Below are positions 42,701-54,700 of a DNA stretch of 64,000 nt, one piece after another; the stretch's first letter is position 1; each line of letters begins with the position of its first letter. Both the position numbers and the translations under genes were made by a program. Source of the stretch: Nemertoderma westbladi (taxonomy: Eukaryota > Animalia > Xenacoelomorpha); the NCBI GenBank assembly GCA_032718475.1, contig JAUCBJ010009125.1, positions 1 through 64,000 of the forward strand, in the 5' to 3' direction. Below the pieces are notes generated by a model. It was not told where the DNA came from, ran no database searches, and saw only the letters and a list, made by a program, of their open reading frames with translations.

Positions 42701-45700
42701 GTATGTGTTTGTTACCGGTACTAATAGTATATCGCCTACCCTGTATGTGTTTGTTACCGGTAATAATAGTATATCGCCTATCCTGTATGTGTTTGTTACC
42801 GGTACTAATAGTATATCGCCTACCCTGTATGTGTTTGTTACCGGTAATAATAGTATATCGCCTATCCTGTATGTGTTTGTTACCGGTACTAATAGTATAT
42901 CGCCTACCCTGTATGTGTTTGTTACCGGTACTAATAGTATATCGCCTACCCTGTATGTGTTTGTTACCGGTACTAATAGTATATCGCCTACCCTGTATGT
43001 GTTTGTTACCGGTAATAATAGTATATCGCCTATCCTGTATGTGTTTGTTACCGGTACTAATAATATATCGCCTACCCTGTATGTGTTTGTTACCGGTACT
43101 AATAGTATATCGCCTACCCTGTATGTGTTTGTTACCGGTACTAATAGTATATCGCCTACCCTGTATGTGTTTGTTACCGGTACTAATAGTATATCGCCTA
43201 CCCTGTATGTGTTGTTACCGGTACTAATAGTATATCGCCTACCCTGTATGTGTTTGTTACCGGTACTAATAGTATATCGCCTACCCTGTATGTGTTTGTT
43301 ACCGGTACTAATAGTATATCGCCTACCCTGTATGTGTTTGTTACCGGTAATAATAGTATATCGCCTATCCTGTATGTGTTTGTTACCGGTACTAATAGTA
43401 TATCACCTACCCTGTATGTGTTTGTTACCGGTACTAATAGTATATCACCTACCCTGTATGTGTTGTTACCGGTACTAATAGTATATCGCCTACCCTGTAT
43501 GTGTTTGTTACCGGTAATAATAGTATATCGCCTATCCTGTATGTGTTTGTTACCGGTACTAATAGTATATCGCCTACAATGTATGTGTTTGTTACCGGTA
43601 CTAATAGTATATCGCCTACCCTGTATGTGTTTGTTACCGGTAATAATAGTATATCGCCTATCCTGTATGTGTTTGTTACCGGTACTAATAGTATATCGCC
43701 TACAATGTATGTGTTTGTTACCGGTACTAATAGTATATCGCCTACCCTGTATGTGTTTGTTACCGGTACTAATAGTATATCGCCTACCCTGTATGTGTTT
43801 GTTACCGGTACTAATAGTATATCGCCTACAATGTATGTGTTTGTTACCGGTACTAATAGTATATCGCCTACCCTGTATGTGTTTGTTACCGGTAATAATA
43901 GTATATCGCCTATCCTGTATGTGTTTGTTACCGGTACTAATAGTATATCGCCTACCCTGTATGTGTTTGTTACCGGTACTAATAGTATATCGCCTACAAT
44001 GTATGTGTTTGTTACCGGTACTAATAGTATATCGCCTACCCTGTATGTGTTTGTTACCGGTAATAATAGTATATCGCCTATCCTGTATGTGTTTGTTACC
44101 GGTACTAATAGTATATCGCCTACCCTGTATGTGTTTGTTACCGGTACTAATAGTATATCGCCTACCCTGTATGTGTTTGTTACCGGTAATAATAGTATAT
44201 CGCCTATCCTGTATGTGTTTGTTACCGGTACTAATAGTATATCGCCTACAATGTATGTGTTTGTTACCGGTACTAATAGTATATCGCCTACCCTGTATGT
44301 GTTTGTTACCGGTAATAATAGTATATCGCCTATCCTGTATGTGTTTGTTACCGGTACTAATAGTATATCGCCTATCATGTATGTGTTTGTTACCGGTAAT
44401 AATAGTATATCGCCTCTCCTGTATGTGTTTGTTACCGGTACTAATAGTATATCGCCTACCATGTATGTGTTTGTTACCGGTACTAATAGTATATCGCCTA
44501 CCCTGTATGTGTTTGTTACCGGTACTAATAGTATATCACCTACCCTGTATGTGTTTGTTACCGGTACTAATAGTATATCGTCTACCATGTATGTGTTTGT
44601 TACCGGTACTAATAGTATATCGCCTACCATATATGTGTTTGTTAGATTGTTACCGGTACTAATAGTATATCGCCTACCATATATGTGTTTGTTACCGGTA
44701 CTAATAGTATATCGCCTACAATGTGTGTGTTTGTTACCGGTACTAATAGTATATCGCCTACCCTGTATGTGTTTGTTACCGGTACTAATAGTATATCGCC
44801 TACCACGAATGTGTTTGTTAGATTGTTACCGGTACTAATAGTATATCGCCTACCCTGTATGTGTTTGTTACCGGTACTAATAGTATATCGCCTACCATAT
44901 ATGTGTTTGTTACCGGTACTAATAGTATATCGCCTACCCTGTATGTGTTTGTTACCGGTACTAATAGTATATCGCCTACCCTGTATGTGTTTGTTACCGG
45001 TAATAATAGTATATCGCCTATCCTGTATGTGTTTGTTACCGGTACTAATAATATATCGCCTACCCTGTATGTGTTTGTTACTGGTACTAATAGTATATCG
45101 CCTACCATATATGTGTTTGTTACCGGTACTAATAGTATATCGCCTACCCTGTATGTGTTTGTTACCGGTACTAATAGTATATCGCCTACCCTGTATGTGT
45201 TTGTTACCGGTACTAATAGTATATCGCCTACCCTGTATGTGTTTGTTACCGGTAATAATAGTATATCGCCTATCCTGTATGTGTTTGTTACCGGTACTAA
45301 TGGTATATCGCCTACAATGTATGTGTTTGTTACCGGTACTAATAGTATATCGCCTACCCTGTATGTGTTTGTTACCGGTAATAATAGTATATCACCTACC
45401 ATGTATGTGTTTGTTACCGGTACTAATAGTATATCGCCTACCCTGTATGTGTTTGTTACCGGTACTAATAGTATATCGCCTACCATATATGTGTTTGTTA
45501 GATTGTTACCGGTACTAATAGTATATCGCCTACCATGTATGTGTTTGTTACCGGTACTAATAGTATATCGCCTACCATGTATGTGTTTGTTACCGGTACT
45601 AATAGTATATCGCCTACCATATATGTGTTTGTTAGATTGTTACCGGTACTAATAGTATATCGCCTACCATGTATGTGTTTGTTACCGGTACTAATAGTAT

Positions 45701-48700
45701 ATCGCCTACCATGTATGTGTTTGTTACCGGTACTAATAGTATATCGCCTACCATATATGTGTTTGTTAGATTGTTACCGGTACTAATAGTATATCGCCTA
45801 CCATGTATGTGTTTGTTACCGGTACTAATAGTATATCGCCTACCATGTATGTGTTTGTTACCGGTACTAATAGTATATCGCCTACCATGTATGTGTTTGT
45901 TACCGGTACTAATAGTATATCGCCTACCCTGTATGTGTTTGTTACCGGTACTAATAGTATATCGCCTACCATATATGTGTTTGTTAGATTGTTACCGGTA
46001 CTAATAGTATATCGCCTACCATGTATGTGTTTGTTACCGGTACTAATAGTATATCGCCTACCATGTATATGTTTGTTACCGGTACTAATAGTATATCGCC
46101 TACAATGTATATGTTTGTCACCGGCACTAATAATATATCGCCTACCCTGTATGTGTTTGTTACCGGTACTAATAGTATATCGCCTACCATGTATGTGTTT
46201 GTTACCGGTACTAATAGTATATCGCCAACCACGAATGTGTTTGTTAGATTGTTACCGGTACTAATAGTATATCGCCTACCCTGTATGTGTTTGTTACCGG
46301 TACTAATAGTATATCGCCTACCATATATGTGTTTGTTAGATTGTTACCGGTACTAATAGTATATCGCCTACCATGTATGTGTTTGTTACCGGTACTAATA
46401 GTATATCGCATACAATGTATATGTTTGTCACCGGTACTAATAGTATATCGCCTACAATGTATGTGTTTGTTACCAGTACTAATAGTATATCGCCTACCCT
46501 GTATGTGTTATGTTACCGGTACTAATAGTATATCGCCTACCATATGTGTTTGTTAGATTGTTACCGGTACTAATGTATATCGCATAGCCTTCTATACATG
46601 TACCAAGTTTAGGAATATAGTGTCGTAATTCAGTGACACGGACACCACCCCCCCCCCCTAATATTTCTACAAATCGTAATGAGATTACATGAAATTTGAA
46701 ACAGAGATAGTTTCACATCCCTGCTCCTTGCTGGGTGTGCCTAAATTTTTATTTTTGGTTTCAATCTTTAGCTACAAGCGTTTGAAAACCGTGTCTCCAT
46801 CGATATTGCACCAGTTACACCGCAGTTATTCTTCAACCTTATAGTGATTTGTCTGATTGATTTGTCTGTGTGATTGATAGAAAGCTGATAATGTAAGAAT
46901 ATTTGAATTTGGTTGGGTAATAGCTGAGATATGGGCATTTGAAAGTTGTATGTATTTGCTTCCGCTGCGGGCCATTTATTCTATTTAATAAATACACCTT
47001 GTTCTAGAACATTTTGTTTATGTATGAATATCCAATAGTATTATTATTAGAGGCATTGCACTGTTGCCCAGCTACTTATGATATCAAAAAACTGTTCTAG
47101 AACATGGTGTATTTATTAAATAGAATAAAAGGCCCGCAGCGGAAGCAAATACATACAACTTTAAAATGCTCATATCTCAGCTATTTCCCAACAAATTCAA
47201 ATATTTTTACATATTTGGAATCCTAGCACGGTCAGTAGTATATCGCCTACAATGTATGTGTTTGTTACTGGTACTAATAATCTTTATGGAGTTCGTGTGT
47301 TAGAAGATCCCGGTATGGGGATCCCGGGTCGGTACGAATACTTTAAAGGGTCTACCCAGGACCCACCTCCGCCTTCATCCTTAAATGTTCGCTAAATGAG
47401 TAGCAGTGTTCTCTGGGGAGTATAGTTCTGTGTGGGGGGGGGGGGGGGGGGGGTGGGGGGAGGGGGGTGGGGGGTGGTCTGGAAAGTTGAAATAAGACCT
47501 CAGGCTTGGTACGCAATCCCCGGCATTACGGCGGAATACAACTTACTGTACTTTACGTCTACTTGTCCGATTATACTCTATATGTTTTATGATGTTACTC
47601 GAACACGGAGAATATCGAACTTTTTTAAATTCATTGAGTTTGAGCTCTGGGTTAAGCAGATAATGCAACTGTAATAACTAACATAGCTCTCATTCAGAAG
47701 TGGAAAAAACGTGGAAATACGTTACTAGGGGTTGAACCAGCGCTGTACCTGTAAGACACTCTTTTATCGAAAGGGCAGTCCGTTTGACCGATATTATAGT
47801 CCTCGAGTTACGCACCTTTCCGAGTTCAATAATAGTTTGCCTTCCTTCTACAGATGTGTCTGCGTCATCATCTCTGGCCGGGTCACTGCTGCCTTCACCT
47901 GCCCCAGACGACTCAGGTTTGGAAACTGTTATCAGCCCAACGGTTAGCAACCTAATCTACTCGCCATCAGACGATAGAGCCATAGAACGGGCTAACCTCG
48001 TTAACATATGTAATCTTACTGTTAAACATGTGGTGGAAATTGGTATGAGAAATGGTAGGAGAATTGGTACAGACAATCGGGCTGTCAGACAATTATTCAC
48101 AGGTTAGTTTAGATAGAAGGGGGGGGGGGGGGGGGGGGTGGACTCTAGACGCAATCAAAATTATTCTCTCTCCAGGCGAAAATCGACGCAATTTAATAAC
48201 ACGTTCGTGGGGTCTTCGCGCAGCACGAAGTGAGCAAAGCCTTAGCTTATAGGGGCCCCATTAACGAGTTGTCTGTCGTTAGTCAGAAGTCATCAACACA
48301 ATAACTCGTTTCCTTCATTTGCCTCGTTGCGTTTGCGTTCGTTCGTTTTTTACCAAAATTCAGATTCTTTCTAAACTTTTGACATACGTACGAAGTTTCG
48401 TTTAATTTCATCAAGGAATGACTGAGTTATTAGCGATCCAATATTTACAACGACGACAGACAACTCGTTAATGGCACCCATATGCTAAGGCTTTGCTCAC
48501 TTCGTGGCTCGCCCCTTAGCACGAATCCACGATGTATTGCCTTGTCTATTGTCTATTTTGTTTATAGTTTTCGTTAGAGTAAAGTGCGACAGTAATAATT
48601 GAACTTAGAGACGCAGACGAGATATTAATTCGCCGATATGGGATTTCCGTCCAGTCCCCCCTTCTCTTGGTTAGCTGGAATTGTACATCACTCGGTTAAG

Positions 48701-51685
48701 TCATAATAAATAGAAAATATCAGGAATATCGCAGATAAATTGTATTTTATTGTATTTTTTACATAAAGTAATTATCAACAGTCAGTTAATAAACAAATTA
48801 ATGTATCATCAAAAGTACACAACCTATGAGCCCAATGCTGTCATCATTCCGTTGATAATAAATAATTAACTCATATTTCAATTAAAAATAACAATTTAAA
48901 TTGGTAAGTTTAGCCAGGGCGCATCTCTCTCTGCCTTGCGTCCTTAAATGGAGCTAAATGAGTACTGAAGTTTCCTCTGGGGAGAATAGTTCTGGGGGGA
49001 CCGCACTGGAAATAAGTCGACAGACTTTGAGCGTAATCCCTGACATAATATAATGGCCGAAGAACACTTTACTTTAACTTTTACAACTAACAATATTGTA
49101 TATGGATGGATTACGATGTTTTAGTTTTAGAAACAGTACTCCAACACGGTCTACAGGTTCGCAAGAGTTGGTTGCCTGGCAACACGTTAGACTTTTGGAG
49201 AGTCCTCGAAACAGTCTCAGAAAAAGAGCCCGAAATCATGGAAATCACAGACACTGCACGGGACATCCCTCACGTAAAGACTTTATTGGGGAGGTAAAAA
49301 AAACATTTAAATTACCGCATTAAATTTTTTTGATTGCCAATAATACACGTTCGTGGGGCCATCGCGCAGGACGAGGCTCAGTTATCAGATACAGATTAAA
49401 ATTGAGCAATTCTATCCCAAAATCGGTACTTAAGAAATTTAAATAAATAAATAAGAAATTTAACCAAACCGCCTATAAGAATAAATCAAAGAAGAAAGGA
49501 AAGTTCCCCTTTACCTTATGCCGATAGTATTGATACTGAAATTAATTTATCATGTCAATGCCTCAACGAAATCATTTAGCTAATATCTAAAGAATCACCA
49601 TTAAATTCAGCCAATCATTGTGCAAGATAGAGCAAGCTCAGTGGAAGGATGATTAGAATGTTTCCCATCTAGGCAATGAATGCCAAGGAATGATGAGACT
49701 TGAAGTATAGAGTGATGGAATGCATTTTAACTTAATTACGTTTAGATCCATTAAAAACACATTTCTTAAAGCAAATCTCTTGAACTAATTAAAAACTATA
49801 ATGGAATGGTGTATGGGGATTACAGCTGTATAACTTTTAAGTATAATTATTTAAATCTTATACTAGAAAATAATTAATATCCTTTAAGGAGGCAGGTTGA
49901 AATTGATGTTTTTACCCTAATCAACTTAATTAACTAATTAACTGCTATTATCTTAGCTTCTCGAAGGCCACGCGAAAATTCAATTAATTCACTTTGGCCA
50001 GACTACATGTGTACCAAGTTTGGTTAAATTTCATTAACATTTGGCTGAGTTATTAACGTTTAAAATTGGACACAACAGAACGACAGATCAACAGACACAC
50101 CGATTGAGTTAGTGGTACCTGTGGGGCGAGCCACGAAGTGAGTGAGCCTTAGCGTAGTGGTACCATTAATCAACCTGTCGTTCTGTCGTTCTGTCGTTCT
50201 GTCGTGTTCAATTTTAAACGTTAATAACTCGGTCAATCTTTGATGAAATCTATCCAAACTTGGTACACATGTTGTTTGGCAAAAGTTTAGAAATTTTCCA
50301 AGTAGAATTTCCGTGTGGCCTTCGAGAAGCTAAGATAATAGCAGTTAATTAGTTAATTAAGTTGATTACGGTGAAAACACCATTTTCAACCTGCCTTTTA
50401 AAGGAAATTAATTGTTTTACAGTATAAGATTTAAATAATTATAATTAAAAATTATACAGATGTAATCCACATACGCCATTCTATTATAGTTTTTAATTAG
50501 TTCAAGTGATTTGCTTTAATAATTGTGTCTTTAATTGATCTAAAGTAATTAAAACGGCATAAAAAATTGATTCTCATTAAATACTGATCATTTATTGGCC
50601 AACTTGCAAGTTGGCTGGTACATAGATGGGGGATGTGTGTGTAAGGGAGCCAGTTGCTGGGAATGCCAGTGGAGGGGGGTTGTATGTAACTAGCCACACG
50701 GCTGCCAGCTAGACCTAACGAGATTGAAACCTGCATTCCCTACCTCCTATTACACTATAGAGTCTGTGTTCTTTAGTCTCAGGTAATAGACAGATCTCAT
50801 TTAATGATTGTCAGTCAATAAGATTACCACTGCAGAAGGCTTATATCCAAAATTGTTTATTTCTCAAAATATTATGCTTATTATTTTTTGATGGGATTTC
50901 TGTGTATTTTAATTGTCTAAGTTTTCAGAGGCATTAACAGTATATTAAATAAATTATTTGAATATCATTCATTACTGCATCGACTGTATTTAGTACTGCG
51001 TAGATTATATTCCTATAAACCACCTGGCTTCGCATATTGAACGTGCGATTGGAAATAAGTTTGTGCTACCTTCCGTGGGTGGTAGATGTCGCGGTTATGT
51101 ATTGGTGGGTGGGAAGGGTCGGGGGCGGGGGGGGGGGGGGGGTGGGGTGGGGTGGGGGTGCAGATTTAAAGGGCTGAACACGTACTGTCCCTCTTTTTTT
51201 GATTGATTGGCGGTGTGGTTAAATTTCTAAATTTTACTAATTTATAAAGTTAAATACTGATTTTGTGATACAGTCGCTCGATATTAATTTGTATCTCATA
51301 ACTGGGCCTCGTGCTGCGCGAAGGCCCCACGAACGTGTATGCTAAGCTCGCTTACTTTCGTCGCTCGCCCCACACAAACTTCCACAATATGGGAGGTAAT
51401 TCATTTCCTTTTCTTTGTAACTAATATTGTATATAATTATTTTATAATTATAAAATACTAGCAGGCAATACCCGAGGCATGTTACCCGGTATTTCCCGCT
51501 ACCGGCATAGGCCTACTGGCGTACTGGTACCGGTATAGGCCTACTGACGTACCGGTACCCAGTACCGGTACCGAACGTGAATTAAACTTTTCGAAAAGTG
51601 GCCTATAACGACCGCTGGTTAATGTTATACACACATGCCAAGTTCCAGCGCAATCCCTCTGCCCGTTTTGGAGGAGTTCGAACAC

Positions 51686-51716
<31 letters not shown>

Positions 51717-54700
51717 ATTTGATTTTTATAGGTATAGATTACCACTAGCCATATGTAGTATAATATTTGGTGTTGATACTTGGGGCAGAGTATAAAATAC
51801 GATAATATTGTTAATATTACCACTAGCCATATGTAGTATAATATTTGGTGTTGATACTTGGGGCAGAGTATAAATACGATAACAATGTTTTCTGATTAAA
51901 ATTGTTGATTAATGAATTTGGCTTTTCGGGGTTTAATTATAGTGGGCAGTATTAATTACTACTCCACCATACGTGTTCCTAACCAACAGATGTCGAGTGT
52001 GGCTACGTTTGGCCTTAATGAAGAAAACATTATCAAGTTTACTTCGAGTTCTTGTGGAAAATGTTAGCCTAACTAAGAGACTGTACAACGAATGGGCTGT
52101 GTTACTCCACGAAGAAGGTATGCACACATCATATTCTAATTATCACGTCCTTTTGTTAAATTAATTATGTCATATGCCTAGGCCACATCAATCTTCACAA
52201 GATAGAAAGCTTAGCCAATTCCAATATATTATTTATTATCCAAATAATTCGGCCCAATATTGAAGAGCAATCTTCGGGCGATAAAGATGAATAATAACAA
52301 CTTAATTAAGTCATTGTGGAGCTGATTATGAACAAAAATGAAACTGTAAGCTGTGCTATTAACTCTTGGCGTAGTGGTGAAATCCGTTGCCATGGAATCA
52401 CATCTCTCCGAATAACGTGGGTTCGATCCCCGCGTGATGGCATGGGCAGTTTTAGTTTCGGCACGAATACTGGTGGATGCGCCATGGTGACTAAATGGGT
52501 ACAGGAGTTACATATCGCTGGGGAGTATAGTTCTGGGGGGACCGCACTGGAAATAAGTCCTCAAACCTTGTGCGTATTACCTACCTGGCCTAACGGCCGA
52601 ATAATGTTTGCCTCCAAATATGTTTCTCAATAAGGTTGGAGTGAGAAAAAACGGTGACTCCCGCTAATTATCAATTAAAGGAAAGCTGTTATTAGCAACA
52701 CAGCTTGCTTACACAGCAAAACACAGCCAATTTTCAATTCGATTTCCGGTTTATTTTCGCGCGCACACGGGTTTCGACCATATCCTAGTGTTTAAACAAT
52801 AAGAGCACCCCGCCGTTCGATCCAAGGTAGGAGAGCACCTTGTTACCCGTTATTCAGTGTAGGACACTTTGTTATCCGTTATTCAATGTAGAGCACCTTG
52901 TTACTCGTTATTCAGCGTAGGACACCTTGTAACCCGTCGTTTAGTGTAGGGCACCTTGTTACCAGTCATTCAATGTCGGGCACCTTGTTACCAGTCATTC
53001 AGTGTAGGGCACCTTGTTACCCGTTATTCAGTGTAGGGCACCTTGTTACCCGTTATTCAATGTAGGGCACCTTGTTACCAGTCATTCAGTGTATGGCACC
53101 TTGTTACCCGTTATTCAGCGTAGGACACCTTGTTACCTATTATTCAGTGTAGGGCACCTTGTTACCCGTTATTCAATGTAGAGCACCTTGTTACTCGTTA
53201 TTCAGTGTATGGCACCTTGTTACCCGTTATTCAGTGTAGGGCACCTTGTTACCCGTTATTCAGTGTAGGGCACCTTGTTACCTGTTATTCAATGTACGGC
53301 ACCTTGTTACCAGTCATTCAGTGTAGGGCACCTTGTTACCCGTTATTCAATGTAGAGCACCTTGTTACTCGTTATTCAGTGTATGGCACCTTGTTACCCG
53401 TTATTCAGTGTAGGACACCTTTTTACCCGTTATTCAGTGTATGACACCTTGTTACCCGTTATTCAGTGTAGGGCACCTTGTTACCCGTTATTCAATGTAG
53501 AGCACCTTGTTACTCGTTATTCAGTGTATGGCACCTTGTTACCCGTTATTCAGTGTAGGGCACCTTGTTACCCGTTATTCAGTGTAGGGCACCTTGTTAC
53601 CTGTTATTCAATGTACGGCACCTTGTTACCAGTCATTCAGTGTAGGGCACCTTGTTACCCGTTATTCAGTGTAGGGCACCTTGTTACCTGTTATTCAATG
53701 TACGGCACCTTGTTACCAGTCATTCAGTGTAGGGCACCTTGTTACCCGTTATTCAGTGTATGACACCTTGTTACCAGTCATTCAGTGTAGGGCACCTTGT
53801 TACCTGTTATTCAATGTACGGCACCTTGTTACCAGTCATTCAGTGTAGGACACCTTGTTACCCGTTATTCAGTGTAGGGCACCTTGTTACCCGATATTCA
53901 GTGTAGGGCACCTTGTTACCTGTTATTCAATGTACGGCACCTTGTTACCAGTCATTCAGTGTAGGACACCTTGTTACCAGTCATTCAGTGTAGGGCACCT
54001 TGTTACCCGATATTCAGTGTAGGGCACCTTGTTACCCGTTATTCAGTGTAGGGCACCTTGTTACCTGTTATTCAATGTACGGCACCTTGTTACCAGTCAT
54101 TCAGTGTAGGGCACCTTGTTACCCGTTATTCAGTGTATGACACCTTGTTACCAGTCATTCAGTGTAGGGCACCTTTTTACCTGTTATTCAATGTACGGCA
54201 CCTTGTTACCAGTCATTCAGTGCAGGGCACCTTGTTACCCGTTATTAAGTGTAGGGCACCTTGTAACCCGTCGTTCAGTGTAGGGAACCTTGTTACCCGT
54301 TATTCAGTGTAGGGAACCTTGTTACCCGTTATTCAGTGTAGGGCACCTTGTTACCCGATATTCAGTGTAGGGCACCTTGTTACCCGTTATTCAGTGTATG
54401 ACACCTTGTTACCAGTCATTCAGTGTAGGGCACCTTTTTACCTGTTATTCAATGTACGGCACCTTGTTACCAGTCATTCAGTGCAGGGCACCTTGTTACC
54501 CGTTATTAAGTGTAGGGCACCTTGTAACCCGTCGTTCAGTGTAGGGAACCTTGTTACCCGTTATTCAGTGTAGGGAACCTTGTTACCCGTTATTCAGTGT
54601 AGGGAACCTTGTTACCCGTTATTCAGTGTAGGGCACCTTGTTACCCGATATTCAGTGTAGGGCACCTTGTTACCCGTTATTCAGTGTATGACACCTTGTT

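Noticed and set aside
14090-46556. Very long ORFs (up to ~1250 aa) encoding VFVTGTNSISPTLY, CLLPVLIVYRLPCM or VGDILLVPVTNTYR repeats, suggesting a beta-solenoid or mucin-like protein
   Set aside because: The monomer length is a multiple of 3 and happens to be stop-free in three frames. Frames are broken by many 1- and 8-bp indels, and there is no unique N- or C-terminus. The array lies in introns of two genes, and RUFY exon 1 readthrough stops at 14089. Ribo-seq or proteomics would be needed to revive this.
14110-46590. CRISPR-like array (constant part plus variable segment)
   Set aside because: The variable parts are 1-3-nt variants of one sequence, not unique spacers; no cas genes; eukaryotic context.
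52362-52440. Functional tRNA gene
   Set aside because: A and B boxes are present, but I could not form a proper acceptor or anticodon stem, and the sequence continues into a repeated SINE body.
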